NCBI GenBank assembly: GCA_019058315.1
Contig: JAHPZH010000004.1
Coordinates: 64,001 to 128,000, forward strand
DNA from: Candidatus Helarchaeota archaeon
GTDB taxonomy: Archaea; Asgardarchaeota; Lokiarchaeia; Helarchaeales; RDOG01
Direction of reading: 5' to 3'
DNA: 64,000 nt
Under the pieces are notes generated by a model. That model made no database searches. It worked only from the letters and a program-made list of their open reading frames with translations, and was not told the origin of the DNA. The translations under genes were made by a program, and so were the position numbers. Below are positions 1 to 10,879 of the stretch, one piece after another; position 1 is the first letter of the stretch, and the number at the start of each line of letters is the position of its first letter.

Positions 1-35
1 AAGAAGGGTAAATAGGATATGAATAATTAAATTGG

Positions 36-974
36 GTGAAGAAAATTTCTGATGATAAAATTATGAGCATGTCTAAAGCGATTAAGAAATTCATAAAAGA
101 TGGTGATTTGGTTTTTTTAGGTGGATTCGGAAATGGTGTCACATATTCTGCAGCTCATGAAATGATAAGACAGAAAAAACGGAACTTAAAAGTCTGTAAA
201 TGCGGTGGAGGAATACTTTTTGACCAATTAATAGGTGCTGGGGTGACCAATTATATAATAACCAGCCACTGTTGGAATGGAATAGGGCCACAACCAACAT
301 GGAATTTTAAACGTGCAATGGAGAAAGGAATACCCCAAAAAATAATCTATAATGAGCAATCGCTTTTTATGATAAATATGTCTTTTTTTGCAGGTTATAT
401 GGGTATTCCCTTTATGCCAATTCGTTCCATTATAGGGACTGACATATATAATCACCCAAAAGAAGTTGGTTTAAAGGCATCTAAGGTAAAATGTCCTTTT
501 ACTGGTGAAGATATATGTGTAGTTCCAGCGATAACTCCTGATGTTGGAGTAATTCAAGTACAACGTGCTGATAAAAATGGAAATGCTCAAATGTGGGGGC
601 TTATTGGGGATACAAAATTTGGAGTTAATGCATGTAAAAGAATTATTGTTGCCGCAGAAGAAATTGTAGACAAAAAAGTTATAATGGAATCGCCTGAACG
701 GACCATAGTATCTGGACATAAAGTTGATGCGGTAGTGCATGAACCTTGGGGTGGGCATCCTAGCAATATGCAAGGATTTTATTATACCGATTTAGAATAT
801 GCATTTAATTACACAAAAGAAACAAAAACAATTGAAGATTGGGAGCGATGGCTTGAAAAATGGGTAACTGGAGTAAATAATCGGCAAGAGTATTTGAAAG
901 TTCTAGGAGAAGAAAAAATCGAGAAATTAAGAGCAAAAAGTATTATTCAAGGGGCTGTTGATTATGGATATTAA
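36..974 (+). CDS. CoA-transferase subunit A (glutaconate CoA-transferase GctA-like)
   Basis: IKDGD..FLGGF, G.PF.P.RS..GTD, PDV..I.VQRAD..GNAQ and VDAVV..PWG.HP motifs; coupled to subunit B. Confidence 0.85.
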   Translation: MKKISDDKIMSMSKAIKKFIKDGDLVFLGGFGNGVTYSAAHEMIRQKKRNLKVCKCGGGILFDQLIGAGVTNYIITSHCWNGIGPQPTWNFKRAMEKGIPQKIIYNEQSLFMINMSFFAGYMGIPFMPIRSIIGTDIYNHPKEVGLKASKVKCPFTGEDICVVPAITPDVGVIQVQRADKNGNAQMWGLIGDTKFGVNACKRIIVAAEEIVDKKVIMESPERTIVSGHKVDAVVHEPWGGHPSNMQGFYYTDLEYAFNYTKETKTIEDWERWLEKWVTGVNNRQEYLKVLGEEKIEKLRAKSIIQGAVDYGY

Positions 975-1800
975 TAAAAAGGAATATTGTGAAGAGTTTA
1001 CTGGCTTCGAAATGATGTTAGTTTCTGCATGCAGACAAATTAGAAACAATGATATAGTATTTAATGCCATTCAATGGCCTTTTCTTGCTGTTCATATGGC
1101 AAAATTACTTCATGCCCCTGATTTGCTGATGGTAATGGAGGTTGGTATAATCCAAGATGAACTTTCACAACCTAATATTGTACCCTTTTCTATTGTAGAT
1201 CCTGTATTGATTCCGAACTCATTATTTGTTGGCGATTCTCCAGATGCGCTATCAGTCCTTCAACGAGGTGAAATAACTCTTTCATTACTAAGTACATCAA
1301 TAGTAGATAAATATGGTAATTGCAATACAACTGTTATTGGTCCTTATGAAAAACCAATTTATCGTTTACCGGGTGGGGGAGGTGCTACAGAAATTGCAGG
1401 TTTATCAAAGAGATTAATCTGGCTTATTGATGAGCATTCCAAACGCAGGTTAGTTGAAAAAGTAGATTTTATTACAGATCCTGGATATCTTACTGGGGGA
1501 GATAGCAGAATTAAAGCCGGATATCCTTCTGATACTGGTCCAGAAGCGATTATTACGCCTCTATGTATTATGAAATTTGATCCAGTTACCAAAGAAGCAT
1601 ATTTAGATGCACTTCATCCAAATGCGACTATAGAACAAGTAAAAGAAAAGACTGGGTGGGATTTAAAAATCGCCAAAGAAGTTAAACAAATTGAACCACC
1701 GACTATGAAAGAAATCGAGATATGTAGAAAGACCATTAGGGAAGCTATTGACCAATTTTATATATTAAAACCCGAATGGATCACGTATATAAATAAATAA
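964..1800 (+). CDS. CoA-transferase subunit B (GctB-like)
   Basis: VDKYGNCNTTVIG, RLPGGGGA, VDFITDPG and TGWDL motifs; ATG at 964 overlaps the end of subunit A (track start 958). Confidence 0.85.
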   Translation: MDINKKEYCEEFTGFEMMLVSACRQIRNNDIVFNAIQWPFLAVHMAKLLHAPDLLMVMEVGIIQDELSQPNIVPFSIVDPVLIPNSLFVGDSPDALSVLQRGEITLSLLSTSIVDKYGNCNTTVIGPYEKPIYRLPGGGGATEIAGLSKRLIWLIDEHSKRRLVEKVDFITDPGYLTGGDSRIKAGYPSDTGPEAIITPLCIMKFDPVTKEAYLDALHPNATIEQVKEKTGWDLKIAKEVKQIEPPTMKEIEICRKTIREAIDQFYILKPEWITYINK

Positions 1801-1910
1801 TATTATCTTTTTTTGTCAATTAACAAAAAGGTTGCAAAATTTAACAAAATCATTTTATTTTTCTTTGAATATTGTATATTAATATTCTTTTTATATTTTG
1901 GTGGATTTCT

Positions 1911-3125
1911 ATGTCTAAACCAAAAAAAGACAATCTAAAAAGTCAGCTTAAAGGTCACCTAATTCTAAACTTGAAAAAATTTATCATATTTATAATTATT
2001 TTACTACCTCTCACTGGACTTTTGTTTTTCAATAATTATGGTCCTTGGCTAGATCCACTTTTTTCAAAACCCCCCCATCTTTCATGGAATCGTGATCCCC
2101 AGACTTCAATTGGTATTACTTGGGAAACTCCAATTCCAACTGATACTATAGTAAGATATGGTGTTACTCCTGATTGTAAAAATACTGTATCAGATTCAAC
2201 TTTTTCTATGTTACATTTTATTAATTTGACTAATTTGGAACCAAATACAACTTATTATTATCAAGTAGGATGCTCATTTCCCTTTTTACCTTACATGATT
2301 TTTACATATACCTTTGAAACTGCCCCTGCTGGAACACAACCATTTAAATTTGCTATTATTAGCGATACACAACAAGATGATTTTGGTATTTGTCAACATC
2401 AAAAAGTAATTAGTAGTATTACAACTATGAATCCTGATTTCTTGATTCATACTGGTGATATTGTAGCAGATTCAGGTAGATTGGATCAATGGAATCGGAT
2501 CTTTTATGAAATGACTTTCTTAACTTGTAATAAACCGATTATGCCTTGTCTAGGCAATCATGATTACAAATATGCTTGGATTGCAGCACTTCCATATCTT
2601 TATTATTTTAACCTTCCTAATAATGAGTTATTCTATTCATATAATTATAGTAATGCTCATTTCATCTCTCTATGTGTCGGATATAATGATGGCTTATGGT
2701 CTTTAATAGGCGATCAACGTGAATGGTTGGAAAATGATTTAGAAATTGCATCCCAAAGTAATGAAATAGACTGGATTTTTGTCTATTTTCATGCACCAAT
2801 GTTTAGTTCCGGTGGTTTTGGTATGCAACCAGATTTAACAGTGCAATTTTGGGATTTATTTGAAAAATATAATGTAGATGTAATTTTCAATGGTCATGAT
2901 CATGTCTATGAGCGAATGTATATATGGGGCAATCCTGGAATTCATAATATCGTATTTGGTGGAGGCGGAGGAGCGCTTGACGTACAAATAGGTTCAAATC
3001 CTTGGACTGTAGCCTCTACACTAAGTTATGGATTTGGATTTGTACAAGTTGATAATAAAACTTTAACTTATCAAGCAATAAACACGGAAGGGCAAGTAAT
3101 CGATTGGTTTACTTGGAGTAAATAG
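1911..3125 (+). CDS. Membrane-anchored purple acid phosphatase-like metallophosphoesterase with FN3-like domain
   Basis: N-terminal TM helix, L.NLEPNTTYYY.VG, SDTQ, GD.V, GNHD, H.P, GHDH.YER; ATG at 1911 after GGTGG. Confidence 0.85.
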   Translation: MSKPKKDNLKSQLKGHLILNLKKFIIFIIILLPLTGLLFFNNYGPWLDPLFSKPPHLSWNRDPQTSIGITWETPIPTDTIVRYGVTPDCKNTVSDSTFSMLHFINLTNLEPNTTYYYQVGCSFPFLPYMIFTYTFETAPAGTQPFKFAIISDTQQDDFGICQHQKVISSITTMNPDFLIHTGDIVADSGRLDQWNRIFYEMTFLTCNKPIMPCLGNHDYKYAWIAALPYLYYFNLPNNELFYSYNYSNAHFISLCVGYNDGLWSLIGDQREWLENDLEIASQSNEIDWIFVYFHAPMFSSGGFGMQPDLTVQFWDLFEKYNVDVIFNGHDHVYERMYIWGNPGIHNIVFGGGGGALDVQIGSNPWTVASTLSYGFGFVQVDNKTLTYQAINTEGQVIDWFTWSK

Positions 3126-3137
3126 GAGTAAAAATAA

Positions 3138-3749
3138 ATGTACGAAATAAATCTAACATATTTTCTTTTTGGGACATTGATTTTTACACTAATACGTTTG
3201 ATCGACATGCTAAAAATGTTTAACCCCGATTTTGAAGCAACAAGTAGTTACCAGAAAGTGTTTTATCTGTTAATGGGATTAATTTTTTTATTAAGTGGTA
3301 TAAATGGAATTATTTTTCAATTAAAACTTGAAAAGATTATCCCAATTATATTTATACTGATCGTATCCGGGTTGTTCATTTCTGATACATTTGTTAAGCC
3401 ATCAAAAAACTATTTGATATCCATTTGTTTAGGAATTGGTACAGGAGCTCCCTTAGTTGTTCCATTTTTTCATTTATTTCAAGATTTAAGATTACAAATA
3501 AACATACCATATCTTAGCCTCGTAGGAATAGGAATCAGTTTTCTTATTGGATTGGCAGTAGGGATATTTACTTATATTCTGCTTTATTATAAATATCAAA
3601 ATGGTCTTGAAGAATTTTGGGACGGTACTAGGGTTTGGCGAATTCTTAATAATAAGATATTTATTCTCATTCTATGGATTCTAATCATTATCGAAACATA
3701 TCTTCAACTTCATATAACATCTTTACTATCCATGTTTTACCAATTTTAA
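3138..3749 (+). CDS. Hypothetical integral membrane protein
   Basis: About 6 hydrophobic segments; GGAG SD. Confidence 0.7.
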   Translation: MYEINLTYFLFGTLIFTLIRLIDMLKMFNPDFEATSSYQKVFYLLMGLIFLLSGINGIIFQLKLEKIIPIIFILIVSGLFISDTFVKPSKNYLISICLGIGTGAPLVVPFFHLFQDLRLQINIPYLSLVGIGISFLIGLAVGIFTYILLYYKYQNGLEEFWDGTRVWRILNNKIFILILWILIIIETYLQLHITSLLSMFYQF

Positions 3750-3940
3750 GCCTTTTTACAATTATTTCATATAAAAAAGGTTAATGTCATATAATTATCA
3801 TTTTTAGATTAAATAGCTCCTAATTCCCCCAGAAATTGGAATAAATATACAAGCCTTATAAGTCTGACAATTAATTTTATTTATCAATTATGTATAGGTT
3901 ACATAAGATTCTATTTTTTAATTCAATTAAGGTGAAAATA

Positions 3941-5092
3941 ATGGCAAGTGAAGCAGCTGAACAAGCTTATGATAAATTAAGAAATATTGTTATGCTACCA
4001 AAGAACAAAAATTCAATAGATATTTTGAAAATTTGGTATACTGATGAAGATGCTAAAATTTTAACTGCAGGTCCTTTTAGAACCGTTACATTAGATAGGT
4101 ATACTATCGAAAAATATGCAAAAAGGGCAAAACTTCCTGAAGAAAAAGTGAGAGAAACTTTTGAACGTTTAGCACATAGAGGGGTACTATTTTGGTATTA
4201 TAGTAGAAAGGATGGGAAAAAAAATTACTATATTCCTCCACTATTCCCAGGCTTAGTAGAAGCCTTCATTATTAATCCTAATGTAAGTATAGATGAACGC
4301 AGAGCATTTCTTAAAAAGTTTCATTCAATGGAAGGAGAAGGTTTTCTAATGAACTTCGCTTCGGATTATAGCGTTTTTAGAATAGTTCCTGCTCTCAAAC
4401 CAGAAGCTGAGGGTAGATTAATCCAAGTAGATGAGGCTTTAGAAGTTGATAAATCCCAAGTATTAACTTATCAAGATGTGACTAAAATAATCGAATCAAC
4501 CTATGATATTGCTGTAATGCCTTGTACCTGTCGAATGATGTCTATGATGTTAAAGACCTCTCCCGAATGTGAACGATCTGTTGAGGTGTGCATGGTTTTT
4601 GGCTCCGCAGCTAAATATTTTGTTGAAGAAAATTTTGGTCGTCATATTACTAAGGAAGAAGCTCTGGACATTTTAAAACAATCAGAAAAGGAAGGTTTAA
4701 TTCACTGCACACAGAACACAAAATTCAAACATGGATTTATCTGTAATTGTTGTACTTGTTGTTGTGGTGTCATTAGCACTGCAATAAAAATGAACTATCC
4801 GGAATTATTTCAAAAGTCTGATTATGTCCCTATTATTGACAATGAAAGTTGTAAACTCTGTAAAAAATGTGTAAACCTCTGTCCATTTCATGCATTATTT
4901 TATAAAATTGGTCCTAAAGAAGATAAATCAGAAGATAAAATTGTCGTGAGAGAACAGTCTTGTGTAGGATGCGGATTATGTGCATCAAATTGTCCACAAG
5001 AAGCCATAAATCTTAAAAAAATTAGAGATAATGTGCCTGCTGATACATTCATGGATGCGATCCAGCAGATGATGCAAGATAGAAAGATATAA
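3941..5092 (+). CDS. 4Fe-4S dicluster-binding protein (wHTH-like N-terminus, Cys-rich core, C-terminal ferredoxin)
   Basis: CTCR, ICNCCTCCCG, two CxxCxxCxxxCP; ATG at 3941 after AGGTGA. Confidence 0.85.
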   Translation: MASEAAEQAYDKLRNIVMLPKNKNSIDILKIWYTDEDAKILTAGPFRTVTLDRYTIEKYAKRAKLPEEKVRETFERLAHRGVLFWYYSRKDGKKNYYIPPLFPGLVEAFIINPNVSIDERRAFLKKFHSMEGEGFLMNFASDYSVFRIVPALKPEAEGRLIQVDEALEVDKSQVLTYQDVTKIIESTYDIAVMPCTCRMMSMMLKTSPECERSVEVCMVFGSAAKYFVEENFGRHITKEEALDILKQSEKEGLIHCTQNTKFKHGFICNCCTCCCGVISTAIKMNYPELFQKSDYVPIIDNESCKLCKKCVNLCPFHALFYKIGPKEDKSEDKIVVREQSCVGCGLCASNCPQEAINLKKIRDNVPADTFMDAIQQMMQDRKI

Positions 5093-5127
5093 ATGATTTA
5101 TATTAAACCTATATTCTATTCTTTTTT

Positions 5128-6255
5128 TTAACTCATTATTAGCTCAGTGAAAGTCTTATTTCCAATTTTAAGCTCTTCTGGAGGGACATCATTCCGGACT
5201 TTCTTCATTTTTATTGCGTTTTTTGCACAATTTGAAGCACAAACACCACATCCAATACATGCTTCGGTTCTTATAATGATTTTATCATCAGAAGAATCTG
5301 TTTCAAGCGGAAATTGATGATAAATAGCTTCCATTGGACATTTATTTACACAGACTTCACATTTTACGCATAGCTCATTATCAATAACTGGTTCATAATT
5401 ACTTTTTTTAGTCACTGGAAGACCATATTGCTTCGTAGGACCTAATATTCCGCAATGACAACTACAGCAATTACAAATAAACATGTAGGATTCTGGACCA
5501 GTACAATATGTTGTGTTATGAACGAGTCCTGCCTTCTCTGTCTTTTTAAGGTATTCAATGGCTTCTTCTTTATTTAATGCTCTCCCCATACCTGTTTCTG
5601 CCATATATTGTGCACCTATTCCAGCAATAAAACAACCATCCTCCGCCTTTGCTAGTTTACATGGTTCATCATTTAATTCAGCAACAAGTCGACATTGACA
5701 AGTAATAACTGCAAATTGATTATGATTATTAATTAAGCGTTCAACTAATTCATATGGAAGGACTTGTGAAGAAGATTCAATATTTTCGTCTATTTCAATT
5801 AGTTTTTGTTTAGCTTCAATTGGAAGTAGAGGGCGTAAGAATGAAAAACCATGTTCAATAAATCGAAATGATAAGGATTTATCCATGAAATAACTCATTA
5901 TTTTAGCAGCTTTCTTTAGATTTTCCACGGTGTCTTGACGGGCACTAAAATATGCCTCAAAGATACCTGGTGCAAGTGGTAATAGTCCATATTTAGAACC
6001 ACTCTTACAGATAACCCTCTTTTTATGCATATTTTTAAGCATTTTTTTAACTTCTTGCTTTGGAAGGTTCGATTTTTTCACTAATTCTTTTAGAGGAATG
6101 AACTTATCGGCGGTTGGAAAATGGGAAAGAAGTTTAATCTCATCCTCATTCCAAAATATCTTAAGTAATTCAATTACTTTTGGATGTTTGGGAGCCGATA
6201 AAGGTCCCAATGTTAATTTTTGCCTAACAATTTCGTAATAATCGTCAATATTCAT
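5128..6255 (-). CDS. 4Fe-4S dicluster-binding protein, paralog of 3941-5092
   Basis: CQCR, ICNCCSCHCG, two ferredoxin motifs; convergent with its paralog. Confidence 0.85.
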   Translation of the reverse strand: MNIDDYYEIVRQKLTLGPLSAPKHPKVIELLKIFWNEDEIKLLSHFPTADKFIPLKELVKKSNLPKQEVKKMLKNMHKKRVICKSGSKYGLLPLAPGIFEAYFSARQDTVENLKKAAKIMSYFMDKSLSFRFIEHGFSFLRPLLPIEAKQKLIEIDENIESSSQVLPYELVERLINNHNQFAVITCQCRLVAELNDEPCKLAKAEDGCFIAGIGAQYMAETGMGRALNKEEAIEYLKKTEKAGLVHNTTYCTGPESYMFICNCCSCHCGILGPTKQYGLPVTKKSNYEPVIDNELCVKCEVCVNKCPMEAIYHQFPLETDSSDDKIIIRTEACIGCGVCASNCAKNAIKMKKVRNDVPPEELKIGNKTFTELIMS

Positions 6256-6378
6256 TTTAAATCCTCAATTCTTTGAATTTTACATTTAAAAAGTATAATT
6301 ATTTAATTTAATAAAATTCATTTTATTATTTATTTATATCATTGAAATCGTTGGAGTTTAAGTTTTTTATAATCAAAG

Positions 6379-7542
6379 GTGTATAATATGGGAAAATTAA
6401 AGGGATTAAAACCTCTATTGATACTTGTCACATTAGGAATTTTCGCCCTTATTGTTTTTATTCTTAATAGTTTGTTAGGTAATAATTCTTCATTATTTAT
6501 AGATAATAAAAACAGTCTTTATGTAGGAGGAAAAATTTGGGTTAGATTTGGAATTTTTTTGATAGTATTATTTGCATGGATTGCAATTTCTGTTCTATTA
6601 GGAATGATAGGACCAGGAAAATATAAATATCGTCTTGAAGATTGGGCAAATGAAAATTTATTTTATAAGGTTGATTATAACAAAGAAAAATGGAATGTGG
6701 TTTTAGACACACATTGTCATACAAGAAGAAGTGACGGGAAATTAACGCTTGAAAAAAATGTATTCTATCATCTGAGCGTTGGCTTTAATGCTTTTGTTAT
6801 TACTGATCATAATAGAATGCCAAATGTTAAAGAAATAAAAAGATTGAATGAAAAATATAAAGGAAAAATGGTCATTATTCCAGGTTTTGAATACACAACT
6901 TTAAGGTTCCATATGTGTATAATAGGCATTACTGATTGGGGAAAAAAAATCCACCTTTATCCTACAGATGAGCAAATTAAAGAGGTTATTGAAGAAGCAC
7001 ATAGAAAAGGAGGCATTTGTGTGATTGCTCACTATCCTTGGTCAACATGGGGTGAATATCCTAAGTGTCCTGATCATCCAACGCGAGAACAAATGTATAA
7101 TTGGGGAGTTGACTTAATTGAATGTGCAAATTGGGATGATGATAAAGCTCTTATTGATTATACTAGTTATGAATTTGCAAAGGCAAATCCAAATATTGGT
7201 TTATGTTGCGGGACTGATATGCATGAACCATTTAAGGATCCTCTATGTGGTTGGACCGTTTTAAAAGCAAAAGATTTTACTGCAGATGCTATTATAGAGG
7301 AATTAAAAAAACATAACACTGATGTAATTCTTCGAAATGAACCTGCAAGATATCTAATCAAACATAAAGAAAGTTTTTGGTATAAAATTCTTCGGCCATT
7401 TATTATGTTTGGTGAAAAATTTGAATCAATTTATTTAGGAGGAAAGATTTCAAATCTTGATTTTGCCGCGTTTAATGCTTGGCTTTCATATTTTTTCATA
7501 ATATTTGTTCTAATAGAAATTGTTCGTTATATAGGATTCTGA
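6379..7542 (+). CDS. Membrane-anchored PHP-domain phosphoesterase
   Basis: DTHCHT..SDG, ITDHN, IPG.E, AHY, GTDMH; TM helices at both ends. Confidence 0.8.
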   Translation: MYNMGKLKGLKPLLILVTLGIFALIVFILNSLLGNNSSLFIDNKNSLYVGGKIWVRFGIFLIVLFAWIAISVLLGMIGPGKYKYRLEDWANENLFYKVDYNKEKWNVVLDTHCHTRRSDGKLTLEKNVFYHLSVGFNAFVITDHNRMPNVKEIKRLNEKYKGKMVIIPGFEYTTLRFHMCIIGITDWGKKIHLYPTDEQIKEVIEEAHRKGGICVIAHYPWSTWGEYPKCPDHPTREQMYNWGVDLIECANWDDDKALIDYTSYEFAKANPNIGLCCGTDMHEPFKDPLCGWTVLKAKDFTADAIIEELKKHNTDVILRNEPARYLIKHKESFWYKILRPFIMFGEKFESIYLGGKISNLDFAAFNAWLSYFFIIFVLIEIVRYIGF

Positions 7543-7550
7543 AAAATTAA

Positions 7551-8603
7551 TTATTGAAAATGTGGAATAATTTCATTAGCAAATAATTCTAGGGATTCCC
7601 AATATTTTCCTAAAAATTCAATTGCAAAATGTTCCACACCTGCTTTTACAAATCTATCCAATTGTTCAATAACGTCCTCTGGACTACCAGCAGCTGTAAC
7701 ATTAAAAACTGCTTCCTCAGGAATTGTTTTATACATTTCTATCATTTCTTGTTGAACCTTTGCCATTTCCTCGATTGATAGTCGAAGACCATGTTCAAAA
7801 CTCATATTTTCATCAAATGGAATTTTATATTCTTCAAAAATTTCTTTTTTCATAGTTAGAACTGTTCCCATTGGTCTAATTACATTTTTAGCCCATTCAG
7901 GATTTTTTTTATCTATAACCATAAAAATTTCGTAAGCTTTTTCAATTTGATCAAATCTTCCGAATTTTTTCATATTTTCAAGTCGTTTTTTATAGAGTTT
8001 GGGGGTGCAACCAGTCGGTATCCAACCATCTCCATATTTTGCAGTTAATTCTATAGTTCTAGGAGAATTTGCTCCCAACCAAAGTGATGGCATATGGGGA
8101 CTTTCAAGTGGAAATTGTAAATATGCATTTGAAAGGTTAAAGTAAGAACCTTCAAAATTTACTTTGTTTTTAGGATTAGAACTCCACAATTTTTTAATTA
8201 CTTGAATAGCTTCCTCGAGACGAGTTACTGGTTTATCCCATGGAACATTAAAATTGACTATATTCATTCCTTCACCTGCACCAATGCAGCAAATTGCTTT
8301 ATCATTAGTCAATCTATGTAATGTCGCCATTTCTAAAGCGATTTGAGCTGGATGTCTTCTATGGGGCTCTGTAACAAGGGGTCCAACTCTTAAATTATTT
8401 ACTTTTGTCGCAATGGCACCTAATAACGTGAAAACTCCAGGTACTTCAGCTCGATGTGGAAACATATTGAGATGATCCATTAAAAAAGTGCTTTGATAAC
8501 CCAATTTATCAACTAATTCAACTGATTTTAAAATATCTTCAACTTTATAACGTAAAAAAGAGAAATTTGTTCCATGTTGAATTCCAAAACTTATCTTGTC
8601 CAT
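7551..8603 (-). CDS. LLM-class (luciferase-like) flavin/F420-dependent oxidoreductase
   Basis: DH, RRHPAQ.A...ATL, GAGE..N, GDGW.P, GSPEDV. Confidence 0.85.
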   Translation of the reverse strand: MDKISFGIQHGTNFSFLRYKVEDILKSVELVDKLGYQSTFLMDHLNMFPHRAEVPGVFTLLGAIATKVNNLRVGPLVTEPHRRHPAQIALEMATLHRLTNDKAICCIGAGEGMNIVNFNVPWDKPVTRLEEAIQVIKKLWSSNPKNKVNFEGSYFNLSNAYLQFPLESPHMPSLWLGANSPRTIELTAKYGDGWIPTGCTPKLYKKRLENMKKFGRFDQIEKAYEIFMVIDKKNPEWAKNVIRPMGTVLTMKKEIFEEYKIPFDENMSFEHGLRLSIEEMAKVQQEMIEMYKTIPEEAVFNVTAAGSPEDVIEQLDRFVKAGVEHFAIEFLGKYWESLELFANEIIPHFQ

Positions 8604-8739
8604 GAGATTTACTCCACTAAAATCTATGATCGATTAAAATCAAGAATAAATTAAATTTTTAAGTGATAACGAGTATGATTTAAACTAATTTTCAATGTTA
8701 TATTATAGAAATAATAAATTATACAGGTGTTAATAAAAA

Positions 8740-8970
8740 ATGATAACAGCAGAACAAGTTCAGAAAGAATTAGATAAAATTAGGCCGAGTCTTCAGATGG
8801 ACGGTGGAGATGTAGAATTAATAGATGTAGAAGATGGAGTAGTTAAAGTCAAATTACAAGGCGCATGTGCTGGTTGTGCTTTTTCTCAGATGACTTTGAA
8901 AAATGGTATAGAAAGATTTTTAAAGGAAAAACTCCCTGAAGTAAAAGGAGTCGTTTCTGTCCCTCAATGA
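8740..8970 (+). CDS. NifU C-terminal (Nfu) domain protein
   Basis: IRP.L..DGGD.EL, L.GACAGC, TLK.GIE. Confidence 0.9.
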   Translation: MITAEQVQKELDKIRPSLQMDGGDVELIDVEDGVVKVKLQGACAGCAFSQMTLKNGIERFLKEKLPEVKGVVSVPQ

Positions 8971-9152
8971 TTCATAATTTAAAAGTTAATTCAATTCTGG
9001 ACAAAAAAATTGGTTAAAACTACTTTTCTTTTTCTTTAATTTTAGCTAATTACTGTACATTACCATTTTTTCTTTTTTTAGAATTTATATCTTATACTAT
9101 CAATTTTTTAAAATTTTAAACCAGATTATTTCATGTATTTGTATTAAAAATT

Positions 9153-10871
9153 GTGATTAATATGTCCCAAATTTATATTACTAAAATAAATGGTGACTTA
9201 AAAAATGCAGCTTTAAAATGTTTTGATGCTTTTGGAGGAGTTTCAAAATATATTCCAAAAGATGGGAAGATTTTTATCAAAATAAATGGCGTTCATTTTA
9301 CTAAAAACTGCCATACTACCCCTGAATTCTTAGCGGTCATATTAGATCTATTGATTGATAATGGGGCTAATCCAAAGGATATTTACGTGGTCGAAAATTG
9401 TACTTCGGGTTTATTTACGCGATTAGTAATGAATGTTACTGGTATAACATCCGTCATTAAAGAAAAAGGAGCAAATTTCGTCTACATGGATGAAGATGAA
9501 CCTATCATTATTCAGCTAGGGAAAGATAAATATGACGTGCAAGTAGCAAAAATAGCTTATGATGCACTAATTAAAAATAGGAAGAAAAATGTATTAATTC
9601 ATTTACCAGTTTTTAAAACTCATTGGGCTACTAAAATCACATTAACGATAAAACTATCTTTGGGATATCTTTATGATGATTCCAAAGCCTTTAAACATCA
9701 TTATTATCATCGTGATAGGCTTGTAGATATTTTTGAGAAATTTACTCCTGATATTTCTATTGTTGAAGGAAAATATGGGGTTGAAACTGGTCCTTGTCCC
9801 CCGGACCGCTGCAGTTGGAGTAAAGAATTTATTTATGATTATGACATTTTATTCGCAGGAACTGATGGGGTGGCATTAGATGCAGTTGGAGCAAAATTAT
9901 TAGGATTAGATAATTTAGAAGTCGATACAACACGAATAGCTCATGAAAGAGGTCTCGGGATGGGTGATTTCAATAAAATCGATATCATATATGATGGTAA
10001 TGTCGATGATTTAGTTCAAAAAGTTCCTTGGCAATTTTATTACCTTCGAAACAAAGAACGTTGCGTCCCTCCTAATGTTAAATGGGTTACTGGGCTAAAT
10101 GAACATGGAAAAGATGTTAAAATAGTATGTCATGATGGATGTTTTGGATTAACATTAGTCTCTCAAGAATTATTTTATCAAGATTATGGTGGAAAAGGAA
10201 ATTATACACTCATTTTTGGAAAAGATATTAAAAAAGAAGAGCTTGAAAATCTAACTGAACCGATCCTTTTAATGGGAACATGTGCTTCAGAAAATCTTGG
10301 AACTTATCTAAAAGAAAAATATAAAGAAGTTTGGGATTACGATTCTTGTGCTAAATTAGGCGATTATGCTGAAGCAATTTTAAAAGCAAATGAGATTGAT
10401 CCCCTTTCTACATTACCATTTGATCCCAATATTGCCCTATTTCACTTAATGATGGCATCTACTCACGGAATTAGAGAAAAAGCTATCATAGCAATAGATG
10501 TACCATTAGAAAACCTTATTGATATCATTGCTGGGAGCACAAATAATCTGCCTGATGAATATTTTGAGGATAAAGAATTTGAAGACGCCTTAAAAGGATT
10601 TATTAACCACGAAAACCCAAAAATAAGAGCTAATGCACAAAACTTGCTTACTAGTGTAATAAATAACAAAAAATTGGCAAAATTTAATAATCTATTCAAC
10701 ATAGGCTTAGCTGATAATAATAAAAAAGTAATAAAATCATCTTTAAAAGCTATAAAATCTCTAAAAGATAAGAAAATAATAGAATCATTTGTTCAAAAAA
10801 TCCAAGAGCTTTCCAAAAGTCAGGAATCTTCTATTCAAAAATTAGCAACTAAAGTCCTAGAAAAAATATAG
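9153..10871 (+). CDS. DUF362-domain Fe-S protein with C-terminal HEAT-like repeats
   Basis: IKIN, KTH...T...K, D.VALD; helical-repeat tail (HENPKIR..A). Confidence 0.7.
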   Translation: MINMSQIYITKINGDLKNAALKCFDAFGGVSKYIPKDGKIFIKINGVHFTKNCHTTPEFLAVILDLLIDNGANPKDIYVVENCTSGLFTRLVMNVTGITSVIKEKGANFVYMDEDEPIIIQLGKDKYDVQVAKIAYDALIKNRKKNVLIHLPVFKTHWATKITLTIKLSLGYLYDDSKAFKHHYYHRDRLVDIFEKFTPDISIVEGKYGVETGPCPPDRCSWSKEFIYDYDILFAGTDGVALDAVGAKLLGLDNLEVDTTRIAHERGLGMGDFNKIDIIYDGNVDDLVQKVPWQFYYLRNKERCVPPNVKWVTGLNEHGKDVKIVCHDGCFGLTLVSQELFYQDYGGKGNYTLIFGKDIKKEELENLTEPILLMGTCASENLGTYLKEKYKEVWDYDSCAKLGDYAEAILKANEIDPLSTLPFDPNIALFHLMMASTHGIREKAIIAIDVPLENLIDIIAGSTNNLPDEYFEDKEFEDALKGFINHENPKIRANAQNLLTSVINNKKLAKFNNLFNIGLADNNKKVIKSSLKAIKSLKDKKIIESFVQKIQELSKSQESSIQKLATKVLEKI

Positions 10872-10879
10872 GGATAAAC

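Noticed and set aside
8968-9060. Selenocysteine readthrough or SECIS after the Nfu TGA
   Set aside because: The domain is complete, a TAA follows within four codons and I see no SECIS-like stem. I found no Sec-type in-frame TGA in the Fe-S genes.
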